Source: an uncultured Gammaproteobacteria bacterium (lineage in GTDB: Bacteria; Pseudomonadota; Gammaproteobacteria; Pseudomonadales; Litorivicinaceae). Taken from it: DNA of 64,000 nucleotides. Below the pieces are notes generated by a model that was not told the origin of the DNA, ran no database searches, and worked only from the letters and a program-made list of their open reading frames with translations. This document shows, piece by piece, positions 46,195 through 54,461 of this stretch (positions within the stretch are counted from its first letter, which is position 1; each line of letters begins with the position of its first letter). Position numbers and translations under genes: made by a program. The stretch is taken from positions 3,911-67,910 of the forward strand of contig CAJWIY010000004.1 of NCBI GenBank assembly GCA_913042205.1, in the 5' to 3' direction.

Positions 46195-48108
46195 CTACAC
46201 TGTGTCCACATTAATTCTGCCGTTAAACCAGAACCAAAACAAAATTCCAATACCAGCGATAGTTCCAAGAGTTTGGTACCCAAGATGGGGCGCTAGTAAC
46301 GGTATAACGGTAGTGAATGCGATCAGTCGTTGATGCGCTTTTAGGGGACTCATAAAGCAGCCAGCCGATGCCACTGAAATCAGTGCAAACGCCAGCACGG
46401 CTCTGACTGTTGCCCAAATAACCTCTAACACCGAACCCTCACCGAGTAGCGCCGGGTCAAGCACAAAGAAAAACGGGAGCAGAAATGCGCCTACCGCAAA
46501 CTGAACACCCTTAAACGAGATCTTCATAGGATTATCATTGGCGATCGAAGCAGCGGCAAAAGCAGCTACCGCCACGGGTGGTGTAATCGCTGACAGCACT
46601 GCGTAATACAATAAAAAAAGGTGCGCGGCCATTTCTGGAATACCTAGCTTAATCAATAATGGCCCGATCAGCACTGCAGCCAGAATATAGGAGCTAACGG
46701 TTGGCATACCCATACCCAGAATAATCGTCATAATCGCCGCGACGATGAGAGTTAACCACACTAGATTACCAGTCATCAGAAAAACCAGAGCTGACAGTTT
46801 CGCTGCGAGCCCTGTCATGGTTATACCACCGATCACAAACCCAGCCGCTGTGCACGCACCTACCACAGGAGCCAACCGTTTAGCGGTCTCGGCGAGACTT
46901 TCTAAGACGCGCTTGGGCGACAGTCTGGTCTGCTTTCTGATGAAGGAAATGCCAATAACGGCTACGGCACCAAATAATGCAACAAACGTCGGGCTGTACC
47001 CCTCAAATAATGCCCAAACAATTGCCGCTAAAGGAACCAAAAATAATCCCCCGTTTTTCATTGTTTCGGAGAGTGGTGGGACAGCACTCTTGTCTAACCC
47101 CTTCAGACCCAAACGGACAGAGGTATAGTGGACCTGCGAGTAGACCGAAAAGTAATACAGCATCGCAGGAATCGTTGATGCCACAACGATCTCTAGATAA
47201 GGAATGCCTGTATACTCTGCCATTATGAATGCTGCCGAACCCATCACTGGCGGTAAAATGCTACCTCCGGTCGAGGCAGCCACCTCCACAGCCCCAGCGA
47301 CAGTTGCCGGATAGCCAATTTTTTTCATCATCGGTATGGTGATCGAGCCCGTGGTTACCACGTCCGAAGTTGGGCTACCAGAGATCGTCCCATATAATCC
47401 GGAAGATACCACAGCTATCTTCGCGGGACCCCCGACACGAGCCCCAGCAACAGAGGCAGCCAAATTATTAAAGAACTCGCCGCCCCCAGCGTTGGCCAAA
47501 AACGTACCGAAAAGGACAAACAAAAGAACATAGGTAGCTGCCACCCTTAACGGTGTACCAAACAACCCATCGGTCGTGAAAATCATGATATCTAGGAAAT
47601 GTTCGTAACTGATATACCCATGACCGAAAGGTGTTGGCAATACGTGTCCGTATAGGTTGTATGCCATGAAGCCGATCACTATACCTGTCAACAATAATCC
47701 GACGGTTCTCCGGCAAACCTCCAGACATAGCACGATCAATATTGTGGCAAACCCGATATCAACCGTTGACAGTGGATCCAAAAGGGTGATCCGTGTCGCA
47801 ATCGCCTCGGAGTTAATAGCGAAATAAAAACCGCAAGCAATGCTCGCGATAACAAAAATCCAGTCATACGCAGGAACGGAGGATTCCTCATCAGGCGGAG
47901 GCTCAGAGCTCGCAGCGATCGTAGAGAACACCAAGACCAACATAAACGACAGAAAGAGTGTCACAAGGACCAACGCATCTAGACGAGAAAAAACCGCAGC
48001 ATAGGTAGACCATAGAATAAAGCTAGCACCGTAAATGGTCAGCAAGTATCCAATCTTGCCCTCAGGTCTACGCGTATACCCAGAGCTAAAAAAGCCACCA
48101 AAACTCAT
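46195..48108 (-). CDS. TRAP transporter fused permease (TAXI type, 4TM/12TM fusion)
   Basis: 637 aa highly hydrophobic protein. Immediately upstream of the TAXI receptor gene. Confidence 0.8.
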   Translation of the reverse strand: MSFGGFFSSGYTRRPEGKIGYLLTIYGASFILWSTYAAVFSRLDALVLVTLFLSFMLVLVFSTIAASSEPPPDEESSVPAYDWIFVIASIACGFYFAINSEAIATRITLLDPLSTVDIGFATILIVLCLEVCRRTVGLLLTGIVIGFMAYNLYGHVLPTPFGHGYISYEHFLDIMIFTTDGLFGTPLRVAATYVLLFVLFGTFLANAGGGEFFNNLAASVAGARVGGPAKIAVVSSGLYGTISGSPTSDVVTTGSITIPMMKKIGYPATVAGAVEVAASTGGSILPPVMGSAAFIMAEYTGIPYLEIVVASTIPAMLYYFSVYSQVHYTSVRLGLKGLDKSAVPPLSETMKNGGLFLVPLAAIVWALFEGYSPTFVALFGAVAVIGISFIRKQTRLSPKRVLESLAETAKRLAPVVGACTAAGFVIGGITMTGLAAKLSALVFLMTGNLVWLTLIVAAIMTIILGMGMPTVSSYILAAVLIGPLLIKLGIPEMAAHLFLLYYAVLSAITPPVAVAAFAAASIANDNPMKISFKGVQFAVGAFLLPFFFVLDPALLGEGSVLEVIWATVRAVLAFALISVASAGCFMSPLKAHQRLIAFTTVIPLLAPHLGYQTLGTIAGIGILFWFWFNGRINVDTV

Positions 48109-48111
48109 CTG

Positions 48112-49098
48112 TTAGACCTTAAATGACTCGAACGTATTTTCAAAAAAAAGCTCCTCCGGGGACATTAAACTGTCTGCGATACCCTGTTCAAAACAATACC
48201 TCGTAAAAGTCTCGAGGGTCGCGCGATTTTCCTCGATGCCGTAAGCCCAGATATCATGATCACCATATAAACTTCGTGAGTCCCCCAATGCTGAAAAAAT
48301 CCATGGCATAGGAATAGCCGAGGCCGTTGCATCCGAGAGGCGTGTCACACAGCGTTTCCTCGCCTGGTCGAGCCCTTTGTAAATTGTTTGAGCGACCCAC
48401 GGATTTTCATTCAATACATCATTACGAATGACAATCGTGTGCATGATCGGAAAACATTGAGTTTTCTCAAAATAATCGCGCTCTACGTCACGCGGATCAT
48501 CAAACATCCTTGCGATCCGAGGATCTTGGTCTTTAAAGGACTGAATGGGATGAGCCGTGATCACCGCGTCTACTGCGCCCGAAAGAAGCAGATCGTCGAG
48601 ATTATGGTCTGTGTCTGGCTGGAGATTGACCCATTTCGGTAGATTAAACTTCACCTTTTCAGACCTACCCGGCTGACGGACACCCGATTGTATCCAAGTT
48701 ATCGAGCCTAAATCGATGTCAAACTGGTCTGCAAGAGCGCCTCTCACATAGACCCCCGCAGTTTGGCCCCACTCTGGTATTCCGATCCGGCAACCTTCAA
48801 GATCTTTCGGATGTTTGATTGCTGAATCTGTTCGGACATAGATTGCTGAATGACGAAAAACCCTCGACGGAAATACCGGGATGGCCACACCACGGGCCTG
48901 ATTTTTGGATCTGAGGCTGACATATTTGGCGAAAGAATGCTCAGAGATTTCAAACTCTCCGAACTTGATAAATCTAAAAAAAATCTCTTCAACCGGAAGC
49001 TTGAGTTGCGTTAGCTCTATCCCCTCGGTGATTACCTCCGGCTCAAAAATATCTCGAACGTGGTCATAGTCGTGGCAGGCAAACGTAAGTTTCAGCAT
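48112..49098 (-). CDS. 4,5-dihydroxyphthalate decarboxylase-like protein (Pht5/OphC family, periplasmic-binding-protein-like fold)
   Basis: 328 aa. MLKLTFACHDYDH, EEIFFRFIKFGEFEISE, IPVFPSRVFRHSAIYVR and CFPIMHTIVIR resemble Pht5/OphC as recalled. Confidence 0.75.
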   Translation of the reverse strand: MLKLTFACHDYDHVRDIFEPEVITEGIELTQLKLPVEEIFFRFIKFGEFEISEHSFAKYVSLRSKNQARGVAIPVFPSRVFRHSAIYVRTDSAIKHPKDLEGCRIGIPEWGQTAGVYVRGALADQFDIDLGSITWIQSGVRQPGRSEKVKFNLPKWVNLQPDTDHNLDDLLLSGAVDAVITAHPIQSFKDQDPRIARMFDDPRDVERDYFEKTQCFPIMHTIVIRNDVLNENPWVAQTIYKGLDQARKRCVTRLSDATASAIPMPWIFSALGDSRSLYGDHDIWAYGIEENRATLETFTRYCFEQGIADSLMSPEELFFENTFESFKV

Positions 49099-49161
49099 AA
49101 ATGCCCCGTAAGCTAGATCAGTTTTTATTATTAAAATAGTTGACTTGCAGAACGCTACTAC

Positions 49162-49173
49162 TTAGGTATCTAA
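49162..49173. promoter_or_regulatory. Palindromic operator-like site TTAGGTATCTAA in the decarboxylase / TSUP-MarR divergent region
   Basis: Identical to 33987-33998. Starts 16 nt downstream of a TTGACT -35-like hexamer (49140-49145) facing the TSUP-MarR operon. Confidence 0.55.
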
Positions 49174-49227
49174 TCGTCAACGAAGCTGGGGAATGTAGGT
49201 GATCAAATTGATGAGGGATGCAAACTA

Positions 49228-50004
49228 ATGGACGCACTGGTGTCGCTGTCTTTTGAAGCGCTTCTCGCGATCACACTCATCGTATTTCTCGGTGGTTTGA
49301 TCAAGGGATTCCTTGGGTTCGGGATGCCTCTTTTTGCCACACCCCTACTGGCGTTGTTCATGCCACTACTCAGTGTGATCCCAATGATGGCTGTCCCGGT
49401 TCTGGCGTCTAATATTTACCAAGCTAAATTTTCTCGCAAGAGCTTCGAGTACATCAAAAGATTTTGGCCGCTAGGAATTGGGCAAATCATCGGGGTAAGC
49501 ATTGGCGTGCAGGTTTTGGTCAGCGCGAATTCAGACGTGCTCAAAATTTGTCTTGGCCTCATCGTTCTGATCAATATCATATTGCGGACGACGAGATGGA
49601 AATTGAGGATCCCACCGAAACAAGAATCGATCAGTGGACCAATTGGTGGCGTGGCGGCCGGTGTTGTTGGGGGCACCACCTCCTTCGTTGGGCCGCTGTT
49701 GGTTCTTTACTTATCGTCACTTGAAAATCTAAAGAAGGACGATTTCGTGAAAGCCATCGCATTATTGTATCTCGGAGGTTTCCTTCCCATGTACGGCGGC
49801 TTGGCTATACTCGGATCATTCAGCTGGACACAACTGATCGGCTCATTCGCGATCTGCTTGCCTATGCTGATTGGAATTTGGCTTGGTGAGAGAACGAGAT
49901 CGAGAGTTTCGGAAATATTGTTTGAAAGAGCTGTGATGATTACGTTAGGTCTCATTGCGGTATCCCTCATCTATCGTTCATCAATCAGCATACTAGGATG
50001 GTAA
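49228..50004 (+). CDS. TSUP / TauE-SafE family (DUF81) membrane permease (second copy)
   Basis: 258 aa. GGLIKGFLGFGMPLFATPLL and GGVAAGVVGGTTSFVGPLLV repeats. SD GAGGGA. Confidence 0.8.
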   Translation: MDALVSLSFEALLAITLIVFLGGLIKGFLGFGMPLFATPLLALFMPLLSVIPMMAVPVLASNIYQAKFSRKSFEYIKRFWPLGIGQIIGVSIGVQVLVSANSDVLKICLGLIVLINIILRTTRWKLRIPPKQESISGPIGGVAAGVVGGTTSFVGPLLVLYLSSLENLKKDDFVKAIALLYLGGFLPMYGGLAILGSFSWTQLIGSFAICLPMLIGIWLGERTRSRVSEILFERAVMITLGLIAVSLIYRSSISILGW

Positions 50005-50011
50005 AACCAAA

Positions 50012-50482
50012 ATGTCAGACAAGACGCAAGGCGAACCAAATAACCTATCAACTTTCCCTACTGACCAGTCGATTGCATACCTAGCCCGTGAAATAACGCG
50101 GATCTATACACGAGACCTACAAAATGCGATCGCAGTGCACGGCATCCTAATTGGCCAATATCATTTCTTAAGGGTCCTCTGGGAAAAGGATCAAATTACG
50201 CAGCGCGAGCTTGCGAATGCGGTTGGCATGAAAGAATCAACGACCTTTACCGCGCTTGCCGGGATGGAAAAACAGGGCCTACTCACCCGGAAAAGGGACT
50301 CAGATGATCGACGGAAGATGACCATCAAGCTGACTGACAAAGGTCGAGCGCTAAGATCAACGCTGATCCCCATTGCGAAAGCCGTAAACGATCGACCATT
50401 AAAAGACCTCAACACAAACGAAATTTTTCATCTGAGGACGGCGCTGGAGAAACTGAGAGATAATCTGGTAGGCGAGGTCTAA
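50012..50482 (+). CDS. MarR family transcriptional regulator
   Basis: 156 aa. Winged-HTH pattern (ITQRELANAVGMKESTTFTALAGMEKQGLLTRKRDSDDRRKMTIKLTDKG). Confidence 0.85.
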   Translation: MSDKTQGEPNNLSTFPTDQSIAYLAREITRIYTRDLQNAIAVHGILIGQYHFLRVLWEKDQITQRELANAVGMKESTTFTALAGMEKQGLLTRKRDSDDRRKMTIKLTDKGRALRSTLIPIAKAVNDRPLKDLNTNEIFHLRTALEKLRDNLVGEV

Positions 50483-51267
50483 TGAGCGCTTCACCGCCCC
50501 CAACCATAGTCGTTACTGGAGCAACAAACGGAATAGGTAAAGCCACGAACGAGCTCCTCAAGGAAAACGGTGTATCAACCATTCCGTGCGACCGAGAGCC
50601 CTGCGCAGATACTGACTATGTGTTCCTCGATTTGATGAGCCCAACCTCGATCACTGAGTGCGTGAACACAATCCCAGACAACATCGAGGGTCTTATCAAC
50701 TGCGCCGGTGTGGCCCCCGTCAGTCATCCCAATAACGCTGTCCTAGAAGTCAACTGGTTCGGAACGAGATCGTTTACCGAAAAAATATTGACAAAAATCA
50801 AACCCAGTGGCTCAGTCACAACTGTCGCATCCCGTGCTGGCGCGAACTGGGAAAACAACATCAGGAATCTGAACCAATTCATAGATAGCACTCACGACGA
50901 AGTGGCTAACACCTTTGACATTGAAAATCTTACACCCGCGCGGGCATATGAATTGTCGAAAGAACTTCTGATTTTTTGGTCAATGATTAACGCAGCATCT
51001 CACGCTTCGATACGATTCAATACAGTCAGCCCGTCCTCAGTAGAGACCAGACTGACTCCCAGTTTTAAAGAGGCGTTCAAGGAGCGACGTGTAAATAACA
51101 ATAAACTCCGCACACGAGCCACAACACCAAATGAAATCGCTAAAGCAATATGGTTTCTGGCGGACCCATCAAATGTGTCGATCAACGGCGTTGATTTGAA
51201 GGTGGACCAGGGAATTACCGCTAAACGACAGATAGAAGAAATCAACAAAACCAAACAAGGAACCTAA
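50482..51267 (+). CDS. Short-chain dehydrogenase/reductase (SDR)
   Basis: 261 aa. TGATNGIGKAT cofactor motif and catalytic YELSKELL (YxxxK). Start overlaps the marR stop by 1 nt. Confidence 0.8.
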   Translation: MSASPPPTIVVTGATNGIGKATNELLKENGVSTIPCDREPCADTDYVFLDLMSPTSITECVNTIPDNIEGLINCAGVAPVSHPNNAVLEVNWFGTRSFTEKILTKIKPSGSVTTVASRAGANWENNIRNLNQFIDSTHDEVANTFDIENLTPARAYELSKELLIFWSMINAASHASIRFNTVSPSSVETRLTPSFKEAFKERRVNNNKLRTRATTPNEIAKAIWFLADPSNVSINGVDLKVDQGITAKRQIEEINKTKQGT

Positions 51268-51268
51268 G

Positions 51269-52258
51269 ATGAGTGAACTCAACCTCACTATCGCGACTGG
51301 AAACTATGACCGTACCCGGCCAATTTCTGATGGGAGGGTCAATATCGAGGGTGTTGATCCAAATCATTTATTCTTCTCTCCAGAGGAAATGTTCTACCGT
51401 GCATTTAGATTTCAGTCGTTCGATGTGTGTGAGCTATCTTTATCCTCATACTGTGTTGGCGCCTGTGATCCTGATTTTCCTTACATTGCGATACCAGTAT
51501 TTCTGTCACGCTCATTCAGACATGCTGCGATTTTCACCCGTAACGACGCCAACATCGTTAAACCAAGCGACCTTATAGGCAAGACGTTAGGTGTCACAGA
51601 ATATCAACTGACAGCTAACGTCTGGGTCAGAGGAATTCTCGAGGATTATTATGCTGTTCCACAGATTGACATCCATTGGATCCGAGGAGGTCTGTTCGAC
51701 CCAAAAAGACCAGAAAAAATCAAGGTTAGATTACCTGACGGCCTGGACTATCGCGAGGCACCAGAAGGATCCACACTGAACGACCTAATGGAAACTGGTG
51801 AGATTGAGGGGCTCATAGGGCCTAGACCACCAAGAAACTTCTACCAAAACCCAAATTATGGGCGTTTATTCCCAGACACTTACGGGGCAGTCGCTGAGTA
51901 CTATCAGAACACGCAAATATTTCCGATCATGCACGTGGTCGGGATAAAGAAAGAGCTAGTGGATAATTACGCTTGGTTACCTGCCTCGCTTTACAAGGCA
52001 TTTGAAGAGGCTAGGAAGATTGCACTGGAAGCAATTCTAGACACCTCTGCCAGTAAAATGACAATACCTCTGATCGACGAGCAGATTGACTTTGTGCATA
52101 AAGAGCTTGGTCCGGAATTGTGGACTTATGGTTTTCATAATAATCGTCATGTAATTGATAAATTTCTGGAATATCACCACGCGCAATGTCTATCAAGCCG
52201 TCTCTTAGATGCCGAAGAACTGTTTCATCCCTCTTCGATGGAGTCCTATTCACTGTGA
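51269..52258 (+). CDS. 4,5-dihydroxyphthalate decarboxylase-like protein (second paralogue)
   Basis: 329 aa. LTIATGNYDRTRPISDGRVNIEGVDP, EEMFYRAFRFQSFDVCELSLSSY, IPVFLSRSFRHAAIF and IFPIMHVVGIKK. Confidence 0.8.
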   Translation: MSELNLTIATGNYDRTRPISDGRVNIEGVDPNHLFFSPEEMFYRAFRFQSFDVCELSLSSYCVGACDPDFPYIAIPVFLSRSFRHAAIFTRNDANIVKPSDLIGKTLGVTEYQLTANVWVRGILEDYYAVPQIDIHWIRGGLFDPKRPEKIKVRLPDGLDYREAPEGSTLNDLMETGEIEGLIGPRPPRNFYQNPNYGRLFPDTYGAVAEYYQNTQIFPIMHVVGIKKELVDNYAWLPASLYKAFEEARKIALEAILDTSASKMTIPLIDEQIDFVHKELGPELWTYGFHNNRHVIDKFLEYHHAQCLSSRLLDAEELFHPSSMESYSL

Positions 52259-52317
52259 ATGATTTGTTCCTTTTTAACTCATACTTTAGTTGAATTTTGG
52301 TGCCTCGCAACATATAC

Positions 52318-52329
52318 TTAGATTTCGAA
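52318..52329. promoter_or_regulatory. Operator-like site TTAGATTTCGAA (one-mismatch family member)
   Basis: ACTTAGATTTCGAAG, about 30 nt upstream of the ATG of a 54-codon ORF in an otherwise empty 315-nt convergent spacer. Confidence 0.3.
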
Positions 52330-52359
52330 GTTACACACCGTTTCGAGGGTCAACTACTA

Positions 52360-52524
52360 ATGACAGCCACTGCCGCTGACTACGCATCAGACGAACGCAA
52401 AGGAATATTTTGCAACATCGCGGACTCTATACGCCTTGCACTTAAACTCAAGGATCAATTCGAAAGGATTGACGATCCACAAAAGCGCCAAGAGGTGGTT
52501 TGTAAAATCATATCAGGTCAGTGA
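52360..52524 (+). CDS. Hypothetical 54-aa protein (weak call)
   Basis: ATG at 52360 with GAGGG 10 nt upstream. No recognisable family. Could be non-coding. Confidence 0.25.
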   Translation: MTATAADYASDERKGIFCNIADSIRLALKLKDQFERIDDPQKRQEVVCKIISGQ

Positions 52525-52573
52525 TTGATGCATTCGTTGGCGCACCCAACACGCCAAGCACATTCCTCGGAGA

Positions 52574-53149
52574 TTAGTCTTCCGGCGGGACCCAACAGTC
52601 TTCGAAACCTTTAGCTGGTTCAAGCTGGTCAAACCAGTCGAAACCCATCAACCTGGGCATACGGCTGTTCATCACCACGATTCGAGCCTCTGTTTCAGAG
52701 GTGTTGAAGCGCTTGTGAGCACAGTATGGGGGTATATAGACAAAATCGCCGGCCTTCCACTCGAATACTTTCGGTGTTGTCTCCCACTCCCATACAAACT
52801 CATCAGCACAATGGAAGTTCACATCGAAATGGTGGTCGTAACCTTCACCCTCAATGATAAAAGCGACTTCCTCGGATAGGTGCCGACTCGTTCCGGTCGC
52901 CCTTCCAGACTCAATAAACTGCATATACAGATCTAAACAGCACTCTTTGGTGTTCATCTCTTCACGGATAATGTGCTTAATCAGGCCATCAGCTGACCGC
53001 TCCATCGGCATCTCATCCGACTTAACAATATTTTTCCGAGTCACATACTCTTTACGAAACTCTTTTGAGGCCTCCAACGCCTGACTATAGAAATCCGCAG
53101 ACATTGAATCATTTTTCGCCCGAGCTCTCTCAGTTGGATCAACAAACAT
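52574..53149 (-). CDS. Monocupin protein, gentisate-dioxygenase-like half (copy 2 of a tandem pair)
   Basis: 191 aa. Cupin motif 1-like GTSRHLSEEVAFIIEGEG and motif 2-like GDFVYIPPYCAHKRFN. Confidence 0.7.
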   Translation of the reverse strand: MFVDPTERARAKNDSMSADFYSQALEASKEFRKEYVTRKNIVKSDEMPMERSADGLIKHIIREEMNTKECCLDLYMQFIESGRATGTSRHLSEEVAFIIEGEGYDHHFDVNFHCADEFVWEWETTPKVFEWKAGDFVYIPPYCAHKRFNTSETEARIVVMNSRMPRLMGFDWFDQLEPAKGFEDCWVPPED

Positions 53150-53163
53150 TCACGTACTCCTAC

Positions 53164-53730
53164 TTATATCGACGTTGGGGGAGCATAATCCTCATGACCC
53201 GGTACCGGTGTCTTGGGGGGGTACTCGACCATTTTCTGGAAAATCATGTGCATGAACAGGAACAGCGGCTTAGCTTTCATTATCAAAACGATACCCTCTT
53301 CATCTGGATCGTCATTGAAATGCTGATGGACACAGCCATTCTCGACGATCAAGGCGTCTCCCGCCTCCCAGTCGATCCGGCGACCGTCGTGTACGTCATG
53401 GCCTTTACCTTTCAACACGAAGAAGACAGCCGAATTCATGTGCCCATGCTTTTGGCCGTACCCGCCGGGAGCGTAAACATCGATATGCGTCTCGATTGAC
53501 TGAGCCACTTTTGCTGCCTGGGGATTAATAACCTTCTTACCGTAGTTTTGTGGACCGCCTTTCCATTGCATATCGGGAGTACGATAGACCCTCGGCTGAC
53601 TGAATAGTTCTGACATTAATTCGCCGTACGTACCCTCGAGAGCTCTTACGAAGACACGTTTCTTCTGCCACCGTTCCCAGACAACTTCACCATCGGAACC
53701 ACCCGCAACCAAGTCAGTTTTTTCAGCCAT
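53164..53730 (-). CDS. Monocupin protein, gentisate-dioxygenase-like half (copy 1 of a tandem pair)
   Basis: 188 aa. GQKHGHMNSAVFFVLKGKG and GDALIVENGCVHQHFN. Ends 14 nt upstream of the second cupin gene. Confidence 0.7.
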   Translation of the reverse strand: MAEKTDLVAGGSDGEVVWERWQKKRVFVRALEGTYGELMSELFSQPRVYRTPDMQWKGGPQNYGKKVINPQAAKVAQSIETHIDVYAPGGYGQKHGHMNSAVFFVLKGKGHDVHDGRRIDWEAGDALIVENGCVHQHFNDDPDEEGIVLIMKAKPLFLFMHMIFQKMVEYPPKTPVPGHEDYAPPTSI

Positions 53731-53876
53731 ATAGTCCTCCTAAATACGCTTGGAATATTAAGCCATCTTTGCTTTTCGCTCTTCTAACAAATGACACCTA
53801 GGCCCATAACAAAATCTTCTCACTTTGAGAGTGAACGTTATTCATTTAAAGAGTATACGTATTAACTGTAATTCAG

Positions 53877-54461
53877 ATGCCACCATTATCCGATTTAAAT
53901 AAAGACATGAGTCACGAACAGCCGAAGAAAACTCGCTCAAAGAAAAGAACCTTCGAAATGATTGCCTACTCGGCTTTTTGTATCGTTGGGGCCTACTATT
54001 GCTACCATTTAAAAGGGACGGCCGGATTCCTTTCAGCACTCGCGTTTCAGCAAGAAATGTTGATCGGATTACTGCCAAGGATCATAATGGCGCTCGGTAT
54101 CGCATCCCTTCTGTGGGTGTTACTTGATCCAGAAAAACTCAAAAAGACAATTCAAAAACGAAAAGGCTGGGTAAAGCTTGTCTACGCGACAATCCTAGGC
54201 GCTGTGACGCCTGGCGGACCATCAAGCTCCTTCTCTATTCTGAATATGTTCCTGAATAGTGGCCTTGGCTACCTGATAGGCATCACATATATAACCGCTT
54301 GGTCCATGCTGGGCGTCCAGCGAATATTGATATGGGACATACCGTTGCTGGGAACCGAACAAGCCGGTCTACGGTTTATCTCTGGTTTCTGGTTGCCCGC
54401 GTTCGCTGGAATTTTCGCCGCCTGGATCTTTGGTAAGTACGAGGACGAAAAACGGCCATGA
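53877..54461 (+). CDS. Half-size predicted permease subunit (two-component permease type)
   Basis: 194 aa with about 5 helices. GAVTPGGPSSSFSIL loop. ATGA overlap with the next gene. Confidence 0.55.
   Translation: MPPLSDLNKDMSHEQPKKTRSKKRTFEMIAYSAFCIVGAYYCYHLKGTAGFLSALAFQQEMLIGLLPRIIMALGIASLLWVLLDPEKLKKTIQKRKGWVKLVYATILGAVTPGGPSSSFSILNMFLNSGLGYLIGITYITAWSMLGVQRILIWDIPLLGTEQAGLRFISGFWLPAFAGIFAAWIFGKYEDEKRP

Noticed and set aside
49171-49178. Octamer TAATCGTC recurring in intergenic DNA (37301-37308, 49171-49178, 57429-57436; AAATCGTC at 7098-7105)
   Set aside because: It is too short to separate from chance without a genome-wide count, and there is no consistent position relative to genes. 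At 49171 it may simply be the flank of the palindromic site.
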